64,000 nucleotides of DNA from an uncultured Chloroflexia bacterium (GCA_963720315.1 CAVRFC010000005.1:1375437-1439436), one strand, 5' to 3'; positions 36,536-46,076 are shown, counted from the stretch's first letter. Numbers and translations are program-made. Notes: generated from the letters alone by a model not told the origin.

Positions 36536-36568
36536 GCCGCCGGTCCGATTCGGACCGGCGGCTTCTTC
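36536..36568 (+). terminator. rho-independent terminator
   Basis: A 12-bp perfect stem and 3-nt loop (GCCGCCGGTCCG-ATT-CGGACCGGCGGC) are followed by TTCTTC. Confidence 0.75.
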
Positions 36569-36637
36569 GCGCGCCCGGCCGGTTGCTACACTGGCGCGAC
36601 TCTTCCGGACCCAGCCGCGGGAGCGCGCGATCCGAGC

Positions 36638-37579
36638 ATGAATGCGTCCGCCACCGCGTCCCCCGGCCCGATCGAATGGTTGGGCGAGATCCAGGGCTCG
36701 CTCGACGCCGTCGGGGGCAAGGCTGCATCGCTGGATCGCCTCGCCCGTCTCGGCTTCCTCGTTCCGCCCGGGTTCTGCCTGACCACAGCGGCGTTCTCCG
36801 CGCACGTCGCCGCAATCGCGGCCGCCAAGCCGCTGAGCGATGCCCTCGCGGCGCTGCCCGACGAGACCGCACGTGCGACCGTCGTCGACCTCGTCCGCGA
36901 TTCGCCGACGCCGCCAACGATCTGCGACGCTCTGCGGACGGCGCTCGACCGGTTGACCGCGGCGGGCGAGACGTCCCTCGCCGTCCGCTCATCGGCGATC
37001 GGTGAGGATGGCAAGGCGACATCGTTCGCGGGGCTGCATGACACGGAGCTCGGTCTGTCGGCAGGCGACGTGGAGGCCGCTGTCCGGCGCTGCTGGAGCT
37101 CGCTCTGGAGTTCGGCGGCCGTCGCCTATCGCCGACGGCGATCGTTGCCGCTCGACGGGGCCTCGATGGCGGTCGTCGTCCAGGCCCTGGTCCCGGCCGA
37201 CGTCGCAGCCGTCGTGTTCACCCGCCACCCGGTCACGGGCCGGGATGACGAGCTGGTCATCAACGCCCTGCGCGGCCTCGGCGAGCCGATGGTGTCGGGC
37301 ATGGCGACGCCGGACACGATCGTCATCGACAAGGCGAGTGGCGACGTCCGCGAGTTCTCACCAGGCGACGAGGGAGAGCGGCTGGTCACCGTAGACGGCG
37401 GCGTGACGCGCGTCGCGGATCCTGCGAGCGGGCCGGCCCTCGCCGCGCCCGTCCTGCGCGACCTCGTCTCCCTCTCCCTGGAGGTCGAGCGCGCATTCGG
37501 CGCCGCCGTCGACATCGAAGCCGCGTTTGCCCGCGACCGTTGGTACCTGCTCCAGGCCCGCCCGATCACGACCGTATGA
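36638..37579 (+). CDS. PEP/pyruvate-binding (PPDK_N, ATP-grasp) domain protein: N-terminal module of a rifampin-phosphotransferase/PEP-synthase-like enzyme
   Basis: Motifs are VGGKAASLDRLARLGFLVPPGFCLT, LAVRSSAIGEDGKATSFAGLHDT, MAVVVQALV and YLLQARPIT. Confidence 0.85.
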   Translation: MNASATASPGPIEWLGEIQGSLDAVGGKAASLDRLARLGFLVPPGFCLTTAAFSAHVAAIAAAKPLSDALAALPDETARATVVDLVRDSPTPPTICDALRTALDRLTAAGETSLAVRSSAIGEDGKATSFAGLHDTELGLSAGDVEAAVRRCWSSLWSSAAVAYRRRRSLPLDGASMAVVVQALVPADVAAVVFTRHPVTGRDDELVINALRGLGEPMVSGMATPDTIVIDKASGDVREFSPGDEGERLVTVDGGVTRVADPASGPALAAPVLRDLVSLSLEVERAFGAAVDIEAAFARDRWYLLQARPITTV

Positions 37580-37589
37580 GGAAACCGCC

Positions 37590-39233
37590 GTGACCGACAT
37601 GAGCGCCCCAGAGGTGGCGTCTCCCGCGCCGGAGGCTGGGCCGGATTTCCCGATTGCCTGGTCCGACCCAACGGATGTGGAGCGGACGTGGCGGCACGAC
37701 GACATGCACGCCCCCTTCTGCCTGGCGCCGCTCGCCTGGGACTACGCACAGCTCATCGCCGGCGGGTTCGAATATCGCTATGAGCGACTCGACCTGCCCA
37801 TCGACATGCGGGCGCAGGTCTTCAACGGCTACGTCTACTTCTCGTGGAAGGCGAACGTCCCGGAATCCGAAGACAAGGCGCTGGACGAGCAGTACATCCA
37901 GGCGTGTCGCGACCATACGCAGTACGCGCGTGGGTATTGGGAGCGCGCGATGCCCGAGCTTCGCGAGCTCTACCGCGGGATTGCCGGTGTCCCTGTCGAC
38001 GAGCTGCCGGCCGACCAGCTGGCCGTTGCATGGGAGGGAGCCTGGGAGAGAGCTCAGCGCGCTTGGTGCATCCACTTCTACGCCATCACCGGGCCATACC
38101 AAGTGATGGACGACCTGGCCGACCTGTACGAATCGGTTGTCGAGAAGGCGCCGCCGGGCGAGGCGATGCGCCTGATCCAGGGCACGATCGATGAGCTGGT
38201 CGCCGTCGATTCCGGCCTGGGCCGACTGACCGAGATGGCCGCGACATCGCCGCCGCTCGCCGCGGCCATCAACCGCCACCCCGCGCCTTCGATCGATGAC
38301 CTGGCTGCCCTTCCTGGCGGTCCGGCGTTCGTCTCGGAGTTGCGCATGTTCCTCGACGAGCACGGTCATCTCGGCCAGGGGTTTGACGACCTTGGCCTGG
38401 CGTCGTGGGCCGAGGAGCCGGCGATGCTCCTCGCAGAGCTGGCGAAGCGGCTCGAACATCGCGTCGAACCGGCCGCCGACCGAGCCGCGCGGCTCGGCCG
38501 AGAGGCTGACGCGCTGGCCGATTCGTTCCGGGCCCGGCTTGCCGACCAGCCGGAGAAGCTGGCCGAGTTCGAGCGATTGCTCGCGCTAGCTCGTCAGATC
38601 GGCCGGATCACCGAGACCCACAACTACTGGATCGACCGAATGGCCCAGGCGAGGCTGCGGACGTTTGCGATGCGGGTCGGGGCACGGCTCGTGCGCGAGG
38701 GCATCATCGAGCGGCCCGAGGACATCCTCTACTTTCGGCGGTCCGAAGTGCCGGACGTGATCCGTTCGTTGGCGGATTGCCGCGCGCTGGTGGCGGATCG
38801 CCAGAGCGAGCACGCACGCTGGCGAACAGTCAAGCCGCCGGCCACCGTTGGGAAGCCGTCGACGGCGGAGTCTTCCGGTCGCTTCAGCGGCGCGCGGTTC
38901 GCGAAGGAGGACGAGGCGATCGTCCGCGGCACCGGCGCCTCGGCCGGGATCGTCCGAGGAACCGCCCGAATCGTCCTCGGCCCGGACGACTTCGGGCGCG
39001 TCCGGCCGGGCGACATCATCGTGGCGCCGTCGTCGAACCCCTCGTGGGTGCCGCTCTTCACGATCGCCGGCGGCCTCGTGACGAACACGGGCGGCGTCCT
39101 CTCGCACGCCGCGGTCGTCGCCCGCGAGTTCGACCTGCCGGCCGTCGTCGGGACCGGCGACGCCACGACGCGGATCGTCGACGGACAGATGCTCGAGCTG
39201 GACGGCACGACCGGCTACGTCCGGCTCTTGTGA
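37590..39233 (+). CDS. helical substrate-domain-like region + PEP-utilising mobile (swivel His) domain: C-terminal module of the same enzyme type
   Basis: The C-terminus is GASAGIVRGTARIV...GDIIVAPSSNPSWVPLF...AGGLVTNTGGVLSHAAVVAREFDLPAVVG, which carries the phospho-His motif. The GTG at 37590 is preceded by GAGGAA. It lies 10 nt after the upstream stop. Confidence 0.85.
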   Translation: MTDMSAPEVASPAPEAGPDFPIAWSDPTDVERTWRHDDMHAPFCLAPLAWDYAQLIAGGFEYRYERLDLPIDMRAQVFNGYVYFSWKANVPESEDKALDEQYIQACRDHTQYARGYWERAMPELRELYRGIAGVPVDELPADQLAVAWEGAWERAQRAWCIHFYAITGPYQVMDDLADLYESVVEKAPPGEAMRLIQGTIDELVAVDSGLGRLTEMAATSPPLAAAINRHPAPSIDDLAALPGGPAFVSELRMFLDEHGHLGQGFDDLGLASWAEEPAMLLAELAKRLEHRVEPAADRAARLGREADALADSFRARLADQPEKLAEFERLLALARQIGRITETHNYWIDRMAQARLRTFAMRVGARLVREGIIERPEDILYFRRSEVPDVIRSLADCRALVADRQSEHARWRTVKPPATVGKPSTAESSGRFSGARFAKEDEAIVRGTGASAGIVRGTARIVLGPDDFGRVRPGDIIVAPSSNPSWVPLFTIAGGLVTNTGGVLSHAAVVAREFDLPAVVGTGDATTRIVDGQMLELDGTTGYVRLL

Positions 39234-40615
39234 CTGACGAGGCGCCTGCGCAGCCTCGGCTGATTACCGGGGCGATGCTCGGGCTGGCCTGCGGGGCCAT
39301 CCTGGTTCCGCTCAATTCGACGATGCTCGCCGTCGCGCTGCCGAGCATCATGGGCGAGTTCGACGTCGGCGCGGCCACGGTCGCGTCGCTGGTGACGCTC
39401 TACCTCGGCGCGGTCGCAATCGCGTTGCCGGCGAGCGGCAGTCTTGGCGATCGGTTCGGACATCGAAGGGTGTTCCTCGTGGGGGTCGGCGCGTTTGCCC
39501 TGGCGTCGGCGCTCGCGGCCACGGCCGGCTCGTTCGAGATCCTCGCCCTGTCACGGGTGCTGCAGGCCGTTAGCGGCGCGCTCGTCTCCACGAGCTCCGT
39601 GGCGCTGATCCGGGCGATGGCCCCGGCGGACCGGCGAGGATCCGCGTTCGGGATGTTCGACATGCTCGTGTCGACTAGCGCGGCTGTCGGGCCGCTTGTC
39701 GGCGGGTTGTTGGTCGGCGGCCTCGGTTGGCGGTCGATGTTCGTCGTCGCGGTGCCGGTTGCACTGCTCGCGGCGGTCGCCGTGGGGGCCCTCGTTCCAC
39801 CGCAACGAGTCGGGGCTCGCGCAAGTCCGCGCCCGATCGACATTCCCGGGCTCGGTCTGCTGGCGGCGTTTCTCGTTACGCTGCTGCTGGGCCTGCGCGG
39901 CCTGGAAAACCGCGGGCCGGAGACGATCGCGATCGTTGCGGCGCCGGCGCTCCTTGTCGTGTTCGTCCTCTTCGAGCTGCGGACGGACCATCCGGCCATT
40001 GATCCGCGGCTGTTCGCCTCGCGGTCCTTCGCGGCGGCCGTTGTCGGCGTGTTCGGGGCGACAGTGATCCTGCACGCCACGCTCGTCCTCGTGCCGCTCC
40101 TCGTCGAGCAGCTGCAGGGCGGCAACGCCCAGACAAGCGGCCTCGTGTTGCTCGGGATCTCAGCGCTCGGGGCGATCGCGGCGCCGATCGGCGGCCGCGT
40201 GTCCGACGCCGTTGGTCGCCGTCGGCCGGCAGTCCTCGGCATGCTTGCAACCGTCGCCGGGCTCGTCGCTCTGTGGCTTGTCGCACCGGAGGCGTCGACT
40301 CTCCTGCTCGGTCTCCTGCTCGCGATCGTCGGGTTCGGCCTGGGGATGTCCGGTTCGCCGCGCCAGACCGCGGCCCTCGAGATGATCGAGCCGGAGCGGG
40401 TCGGGATGGCCGCGGGGACGTACCTGACCGGGCGATACATCGGCGGAGCGCTCGGCGCGACGCTCGCAGGCGCCGTCCTCGGGGGGACGGTGACCGCGGC
40501 CGGCGTCTCGACCGGGTTCGGGATCTTGGCCGTTGTTGCCGGCGTGGTCGCGGGTGTGTCTCTGTTCCTGCCGGCTCGTCGCCCATCTGCCGCGGCAAAG
40601 ATTGAGTCGCCCTAG
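39230..40615 (+). CDS. MFS transporter (drug:H+ antiporter-like)
   Basis: The GTG start overlaps the upstream stop (GTGA). It is multi-TM with GSLGDRFGHRRVFLVG (the MFS motif A region). It is the in-frame C-terminal part of track ORF 38777-40615. Confidence 0.9.
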   Translation: MTDEAPAQPRLITGAMLGLACGAILVPLNSTMLAVALPSIMGEFDVGAATVASLVTLYLGAVAIALPASGSLGDRFGHRRVFLVGVGAFALASALAATAGSFEILALSRVLQAVSGALVSTSSVALIRAMAPADRRGSAFGMFDMLVSTSAAVGPLVGGLLVGGLGWRSMFVVAVPVALLAAVAVGALVPPQRVGARASPRPIDIPGLGLLAAFLVTLLLGLRGLENRGPETIAIVAAPALLVVFVLFELRTDHPAIDPRLFASRSFAAAVVGVFGATVILHATLVLVPLLVEQLQGGNAQTSGLVLLGISALGAIAAPIGGRVSDAVGRRRPAVLGMLATVAGLVALWLVAPEASTLLLGLLLAIVGFGLGMSGSPRQTAALEMIEPERVGMAAGTYLTGRYIGGALGATLAGAVLGGTVTAAGVSTGFGILAVVAGVVAGVSLFLPARRPSAAAKIESP

Positions 40616-40728
40616 TCGTCCCTCGCCCATACCGTAGCGAACGCCCGGATCAACCGGGCGACATAGGCGTGAGCTAAGGTCGGGTCGCCGATGCCCTGGC
40701 GAGCTCGCCGAGCGGCGACAATCGGCCG

Positions 40729-41538
40729 ATGAGGATCGGCCTGCCACGTTCGCGCCGGACCGCCATCGTCCTGTCGGTGGCGGTATTCGCGATTCCGCTG
40801 GCGTTCGCACTGCTCATTCCGGACCCCTTGGAGCAGCCATTCGGCGTCGACTTCGTCCTCTACCGCGACGTCGCCGCCCGCTGGCTGGCCGGCGGCCCGT
40901 ATTTCGAGCCATACCAGATCGCAGGGCCGTACGAGATCCGGGCCGGCGACGTGTTGTATCCCCCGCTCGGACTGCTGTTGTTCGTGCCGTTCGCACTGCT
41001 GCCGGCGGCGCTCGCGTGGCCTCTCTGGTGGGCGATCCCGCTGGGTGCGACGGCGTGGTCGATCTGGCGGCTTCGGCCGCGTCCCGAGGTCTGGCCGCTC
41101 CTCGCCCTGTGCGTCGCCTGGCCGACGACCCTGCTCAAGACATGGACCGGCAACCCCGTGATCTGGTGCGTCGCGGCGCTGGCGCTCGGGACGATCTGGT
41201 ACTGGCCGTCGGTTTTCGTCCTACTCAAACCAAGTCTTGCCCCCTTCGCCCTGTTCGGAGCGAGGCGGCGAAGCTGGTGGTTGGCGCTGGCGGGTCTGGC
41301 GGCGCTGAGCGTGCCCTTCGCCTCGCTCTGGGTCGATTGGCTGGCGTCCGTCGTGAACTCGCGCGGCGGCGGCCCCCTCTATTCGGCACTCGAGATCCCG
41401 ATGATGCTCATCCCGCTCGTGGCCTGGTGGGGCCGCTCCCGGCCCGCAGCCTCCCGGCCTCAGCGTGGCGATGAGCCCGAGACCGACGACGCCCCGATCC
41501 ACGCGCCGCCAGCGCAATTCCGGGAAGCGTCCAGTTAA
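40729..41538 (+). CDS. polytopic membrane protein, GT87/DUF2029-like glycosyltransferase (tentative)
   Basis: It reads GVDFVLYRDVAARWLAGGPYFEPY, followed by many TM helices. This resembles the DUF2029 N-terminal motif. Confidence 0.6.
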   Translation: MRIGLPRSRRTAIVLSVAVFAIPLAFALLIPDPLEQPFGVDFVLYRDVAARWLAGGPYFEPYQIAGPYEIRAGDVLYPPLGLLLFVPFALLPAALAWPLWWAIPLGATAWSIWRLRPRPEVWPLLALCVAWPTTLLKTWTGNPVIWCVAALALGTIWYWPSVFVLLKPSLAPFALFGARRRSWWLALAGLAALSVPFASLWVDWLASVVNSRGGGPLYSALEIPMMLIPLVAWWGRSRPAASRPQRGDEPETDDAPIHAPPAQFREASS

Positions 41539-41588
41539 GCGAAGTCATTCCGTTTGGTTGGACGTTTCCCGAATCGGCCCCGGAGGAG
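41538..41588. repeat. 51-nt intergenic repeat, copy 2 (copy 1 at 32857-32907)
   Basis: See copy 1. It lies between convergent genes, starting at the last base of the upstream stop codon. Confidence 0.7.
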
Positions 41589-41622
41589 TGTCAGTCTCCG
41601 CACGTCTGATCTCGGACCCTGG

Positions 41623-42333
41623 CTAGCTCGCATCGTCGAGCAGGTTTCGCCGCAGGAAGTCGACGGTTCGGTCGAAGGCGAGCTCAGCGGCGTCCGACAC
41701 GAACGCCCCCTTCGAAGGCTCCGCAAACCAGTGGCCTGTCCCGGGGTAGCGATGGAGTTCGACGTCCCGATTGGCTGTTCTGAGCGTCTTCTCGAACGCG
41801 GCTAGGCCCTCGTCCGTTTCGTACGGGTCGGTCTCGGCGAAGTGCCCCAGCACGGGCGTGCGAGCCCGGGTGAGGCTAGGGCCCTCAGTCGTGCCGTAGT
41901 AGATGACCGTCGCCGCGACCTCTGGCCGCTGGGCAGGCAGCCACAGCGCCCAGGCGGCGCCGAACGAGAATCCGACCACGCCGATGCGCGCCGACGGCTC
42001 GCCGATCACGGCCCCGAGCTCGTCGACCGCCGCGAGGACGAATGCATCGGCCACGTCCTCGTCGACCGAATCCGACAGGCCCTCCGCTTCCGGGATCGTC
42101 GTCGCGACCTGGCCGGCGAAGAGGTCCGGTGCGGCGACCGCGAACTCTGCCTCCGCGAGGCGGTCGGCAAAGGCGATCACATCGTCGTTCAACCCCCACC
42201 AGGGATGAAGGACGATGACCCCCGCGCGTGCCAGGGAGGCTGGCAGCGCGAGGTGCATCGTCGTCACGCGGTGGCCGATCTTGAGCTGGCGGCGAGGGCT
42301 GGGCGCGGTTTGTGGGGTGGTCATGGGCGACAC
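41623..42333 (-). CDS. dienelactone hydrolase-family protein
   Basis: Motifs are GVIVLHPWWGLNDD, IGVVGFSFGAAWAL and YPGTGHWF. Confidence 0.85.
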   Translation of the reverse strand: MSPMTTPQTAPSPRRQLKIGHRVTTMHLALPASLARAGVIVLHPWWGLNDDVIAFADRLAEAEFAVAAPDLFAGQVATTIPEAEGLSDSVDEDVADAFVLAAVDELGAVIGEPSARIGVVGFSFGAAWALWLPAQRPEVAATVIYYGTTEGPSLTRARTPVLGHFAETDPYETDEGLAAFEKTLRTANRDVELHRYPGTGHWFAEPSKGAFVSDAAELAFDRTVDFLRRNLLDDAS

Positions 42334-42388
42334 GATAGCCAGCTATACCGGACAGAATGCGTCATGTTTTGACGATAGGATCGAACGC

Positions 42389-43531
42389 GTGACAACGACG
42401 ACGCGGCGCGTGGTGTCTGACGCCCCGGTGCTCGGCCGCAGAGCGCTGAACCGGGCCCTGCTCGAACGGCAACTCCTGCTTCGCCGCGTCGAGATGCCGG
42501 CCGCGACCGCGATCGAGCACCTCGTCGCCCTCCAGGCGCAGGAGCCGTTCGACCCGTACACGGCGCTCTGGTCGCGGCTTGAGGGGTTCCGCGCCGAGGA
42601 ACTGGCGGGCCTGTTGGCGGACCGCCGCGCGGTTCGGGCCATGGCGATGATGCGGACGACGATCCACCTCCTGACCGCCGAGGACTGGCTGGCGCTTCGG
42701 CCAGTCCTCCAGATCGTGCAGGAACGGGGCTTCACCACCGGAAGTCCGTTCGGCCGCAACCTCCTTGGGCTGGAGCTGCAGGAGGTCGTCGAAGCCGGCC
42801 GCGACCTTCTCGACGAGCGGCCCCGTGGCGCCGCGGAGGTCGGTGCGGCGCTCGCTGAGCGGTGGCCCGATCGGGATCCGGCATCGCTCGGCCATGCGGT
42901 GCGCTACCTGCTTCCGCTCGTCCAGTTGCCGCCACGCGCCATCTGGGGCAAGAGCGGACGGCCGATCCTGGCTACCGCCGAGAAATGGCTCGGGCGCTCC
43001 GTCGGCACCGACACCGCACCCGACGCGATGATCCTGCGCTATCTCGCAGCGTACGGCCCGGCGAGTGTTATGGACATCCAGGCGTGGTGCTGGCTGACCC
43101 GGCTCGGGCCGGTCGTCGAGCGCCTCCGTCCGCAGCTCCGGACGTTCCGCGATGAGAACGGCAAGGAGTTGTTCGACGTGCCGGACGGCCCGATGCCGGA
43201 CCCGGATACGCCCGCCCCACCGCGCTTCCTGCCGACCTACGACAACCTCGTGCTCTCGCACAAGGACCGCAGCCGGATCATCGGCGACCCAGCGGAATGG
43301 GCGGTCGACGGCGGCCAGTTCGACGCGATCTTCCTTCGTGGCTCCGTCCTCGTCGACGGGTTCGTCCACTCGGGCTGGCGGGTCGACCGGGAGGGCGACC
43401 GGGCGACGCTCGTCGTCATGCCCGCGCGACCGTACGGACCGGGACAGCGCGAGGCGGTGGCCGACGAAGCTGAGCGGCTGCTGGCGTTCCTCGCGCCCGA
43501 GGCAACGCGCGACATCCGGTTCCAGGACTGA
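42389..43531 (+). CDS. winged-helix DNA-binding protein of the YcaQ/AlkZ (interstrand-crosslink DNA glycosylase) family
   Basis: Motifs are LNRALLERQLLLRR, the QxQ motif LVALQAQEP, and RAMAMMRTTIHLL plus PRFLPTYDNLVLSH. The GTG start is chosen to avoid overlap with the divergent neighbour. Confidence 0.8.
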   Translation: MTTTTRRVVSDAPVLGRRALNRALLERQLLLRRVEMPAATAIEHLVALQAQEPFDPYTALWSRLEGFRAEELAGLLADRRAVRAMAMMRTTIHLLTAEDWLALRPVLQIVQERGFTTGSPFGRNLLGLELQEVVEAGRDLLDERPRGAAEVGAALAERWPDRDPASLGHAVRYLLPLVQLPPRAIWGKSGRPILATAEKWLGRSVGTDTAPDAMILRYLAAYGPASVMDIQAWCWLTRLGPVVERLRPQLRTFRDENGKELFDVPDGPMPDPDTPAPPRFLPTYDNLVLSHKDRSRIIGDPAEWAVDGGQFDAIFLRGSVLVDGFVHSGWRVDREGDRATLVVMPARPYGPGQREAVADEAERLLAFLAPEATRDIRFQD

Positions 43532-43822
43532 CATCCGCGGCTCGACTGGCTGCCGGACTTCGTGCACCAACCGATGACCGACGCCCTCGATGCCATCGAT
43601 CGCGCTTGTGGCCAGGCCCTGAGCCCCTCCTGGCCTGCTAATTGGCCATATATTCGTCCCCAGACTGTTAGGCGAGATAGAAGGCCCAATTCCCTCGTGG
43701 CGGGACAGTATGTCAGCCGCTGAAGGCTAATTCGGGCGAGGCGAAGGCCTCGAGCGAGGCTCGTACGTGGGCTAACAGTCATGGGCTGAAAATCTGGCCA
43801 CGTTGTAGGGCGGATGGGACGC

Positions 43823-44119
43823 TCAGCTCGCGAGGAGATCCGCGTAGTCGCGATGACGCTTGATGTAGGCGGCGATGAACGGGCACCGCGCCACGACCCT
43901 GAGGCCCCGCCGCCGCACATCGTCGAGGGCGCCTGCCGCAAGCTGGCTGCCGATGCCCTTGCCCTTCCCGGACTGGTCTACCTCCGTGTGGAGGAACGTG
44001 ATCACGTCAGCCGTGAGGCTGTACTGGGAGATGCCGACGACACGGTCGTCGAGGACCGCCTCATAGCGATGGCGCTCCGGGTTGTCGACGACGAGGAGCT
44101 CCCCGGCGACGTCCGTCAC
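43823..44119 (-). CDS. small GNAT N-acetyltransferase (YjdJ-like)
   Basis: It reads HTEVDQSGKGKGIGSQLAAGALDDVRRRGLRVVARCPFIAAYIKRHRDY. Confidence 0.8.
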   Translation of the reverse strand: MTDVAGELLVVDNPERHRYEAVLDDRVVGISQYSLTADVITFLHTEVDQSGKGKGIGSQLAAGALDDVRRRGLRVVARCPFIAAYIKRHRDYADLLAS

Positions 44120-44298
44120 GGCTCGTTCGCGGGTTCGGGTTCCCCAGCAGCCGTCGCCATCGCGAGAACCTCATTCCGCGTGGCGGTCATGTTGTGGACG
44201 CGGAGGCCGTGCTCCTGGGTCGCCGGCACGACCTCGTCCTCCGGCCCACGGACTTCCCAGCCGCAGACGCAGCGAATGCGCAGATTGGTTTGTTCCAC
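44116..44298 (-). CDS. DUF1059 small metal-binding protein
   Basis: It reads RCVCGWEVRGPEDEVVPATQEHGLRVHNM. It overlaps the GNAT start by 4 nt. Confidence 0.75.
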   Translation of the reverse strand: MEQTNLRIRCVCGWEVRGPEDEVVPATQEHGLRVHNMTATRNEVLAMATAAGEPEPANEP

Positions 44299-44401
44299 GT
44301 GGTCATTCTGCCGGATTTCCTAGGCTTGCTCCCACGTTCGGCTTCCTGCTACCGTAGCCGAATAGTTACCAATCAGAACGAGCGCGACGGGGAGACGATG
44401 G

Positions 44402-44815
44402 ATGGCGAACTTCAGCGGCAGCGGCACGAAGGACGATCCTTGGGTCCTGAAGACGCCGCCGGGCACGTCGGAATACCAGATGTGGCGAGACGACGCGGCC
44501 GACCCACCCGCGATCGTTTGCCAGGTCGGCGGCACTCGGCTCCTCTACGACGCCCGGGCGATCGACGACCTCGACGCGATGCTCAAGGCGAACGGCGATT
44601 GGGTGCCGCTCGGCGGCGCCGACGAGCAGAAGCCCGCACCAGACGGGACGGTCGAAGCCTGGGGTCGCTCGGCTGATAACCCGCTCGGCGGGTGGTACGG
44701 GTTGAAGAAGGGCCTGCGCGGCCAATTCGGTGTTTACATGCCGCCGCTCCTCGAGGCCCTTGGACTCGCCGAGCTCACCCACGACGCGAAGAACAACCGG
44801 ATGCGAGCGAAGTAG
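44402..44815 (+). CDS. hypothetical protein (137 aa)
   Basis: It is a clean ORF with high GC3, positioned immediately upstream of the ArsR gene. No family is confidently recognised. Confidence 0.6.
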   Translation: MANFSGSGTKDDPWVLKTPPGTSEYQMWRDDAADPPAIVCQVGGTRLLYDARAIDDLDAMLKANGDWVPLGGADEQKPAPDGTVEAWGRSADNPLGGWYGLKKGLRGQFGVYMPPLLEALGLAELTHDAKNNRMRAK

Positions 44816-44816
44816 C

Positions 44817-45155
44817 GTGGCGCACCCTGGCGTCTCGCCCGCGGGCGATCCCTTCGACGCGCTCGGGGATCCGAACCGCCGGGCTATCGTCGAACTGCTT
44901 GGCTCGGGCGGACGATCGGTCCAGGAGCTCGCCGACGCGTTGCCGATCAGCCGGCCGGCGGTGTCGCGCCACCTGCGCCTGCTGAAGCTGGCGGGACTCG
45001 TCCGCGAGGAGCCTGTCGGGACCCGGCGGATCTACCGGCTTCACGATGAGGGAATCGAGGCAGTGCGGGTGTACCTGGAGCGAGTCTGGGGAGAGGCGGC
45101 GGCGCGTTTCTCGCTCGTCGCCTCCAACACTCCGCGCCCGCGTCGGCCCCGATGA
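44817..45155 (+). CDS. ArsR/SmtB-family transcriptional regulator
   Basis: It reads FDALGDPNRRAIVELLGSGGRSVQELADALPISRPAVSRHLRLLKLAGLV. The GTG start lies 1 nt after the upstream stop. Confidence 0.85.
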   Translation: MAHPGVSPAGDPFDALGDPNRRAIVELLGSGGRSVQELADALPISRPAVSRHLRLLKLAGLVREEPVGTRRIYRLHDEGIEAVRVYLERVWGEAAARFSLVASNTPRPRRPR

Positions 45156-45598
45156 TCGAGCCTATCCGGCTGAGTTTCGACGTCGACTGCCCCGCCGATC
45201 ACGCATTCGAAGTTTGGACGTCGCGCATCGACCAATGGTGGCCGGCCGATCACACGGTGTCCGGGGACGCCGATGCCACCGTGGTGCTCGAGGGTCGACC
45301 GGGCGGCCGGATCTTCGAGCGGACGTCCTCGGGCGCGGTACACGAATGGGGCGAGGTGACGATCTGGGATCCGCCGACCCGACTCGGCTACCTCTGGCAC
45401 CTCCGGCGCGACAGGGCGGATGCGACACGGGTCGATATCCAATTCATCGACCGCGGCGACGCGACGACCCGAGTCGAGATTGAGCATCGGGGCTGGGAGG
45501 CCCTCGGTGCGGAAGGGGAGAGCTGGCGCGACAGGAATAATGGCGGCTGGGCGACGCTCCTACCGCATTTCCTCGCCGCGGCTACCCGAGGTTCCTGA
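45152..45598 (+). CDS. SRPBCC/AHSA1-domain protein
   Basis: It overlaps the arsR-family gene by ATGA. FEVWTSRIDQWWP...GRIFERTSSG...WGEVTIWDPPTRL is typical of the Aha1-like SRPBCC partners of ArsR regulators. Confidence 0.85.
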   Translation: MIEPIRLSFDVDCPADHAFEVWTSRIDQWWPADHTVSGDADATVVLEGRPGGRIFERTSSGAVHEWGEVTIWDPPTRLGYLWHLRRDRADATRVDIQFIDRGDATTRVEIEHRGWEALGAEGESWRDRNNGGWATLLPHFLAAATRGS

Positions 45599-46076
45599 AG
45601 GGCTCCGGTGCGTAGCCAGCGAGCGCGGCGCGCCAGGGGGGCGCAAGCTCGGCGGAGACCGCGGGATCGTCGACCGCGAGCCAGGCTAGGTGGCGCAGGC
45701 CGTGCTCCATGACCTGCCGATGGTCGATCGTTGACGGGGCGGCCGTAGCAGTGGATCGGGCGAGGTCAGTCCGGGCGATCGCGGCGCTCTCCATCGATCC
45801 GACGAGATTGGCGTCGATGACCACGACGAAGCTGAGGATGACCGTGTCGGCCTCGTGTCGCCACGACGTCGAGTGGACGAGTCGCGGCTCACCCACGTTT
45901 TCGCGGACAATCCGATCGACGACGCCAACGGGATGATCGGTCGCTCCCAGCTCGACGATCCAGGGCGCCGCCCCGCACGGGCCCGTCAGTTCGATGTCGT
46001 CGCCGTTCAGCCAGACCACGAAGATCTCAGCCCGAACGGGACCCTCCACGTCGAAACCGTAGGGAAAACGTGTCAC
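45582..46076 (-). CDS. hypothetical protein (164 aa)
   Basis: This is an ORF with coding-like composition. No family is recognised. Confidence 0.5.
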   Translation of the reverse strand: MTRFPYGFDVEGPVRAEIFVVWLNGDDIELTGPCGAAPWIVELGATDHPVGVVDRIVRENVGEPRLVHSTSWRHEADTVILSFVVVIDANLVGSMESAAIARTDLARSTATAAPSTIDHRQVMEHGLRHLAWLAVDDPAVSAELAPPWRAALAGYAPEPFRNLG

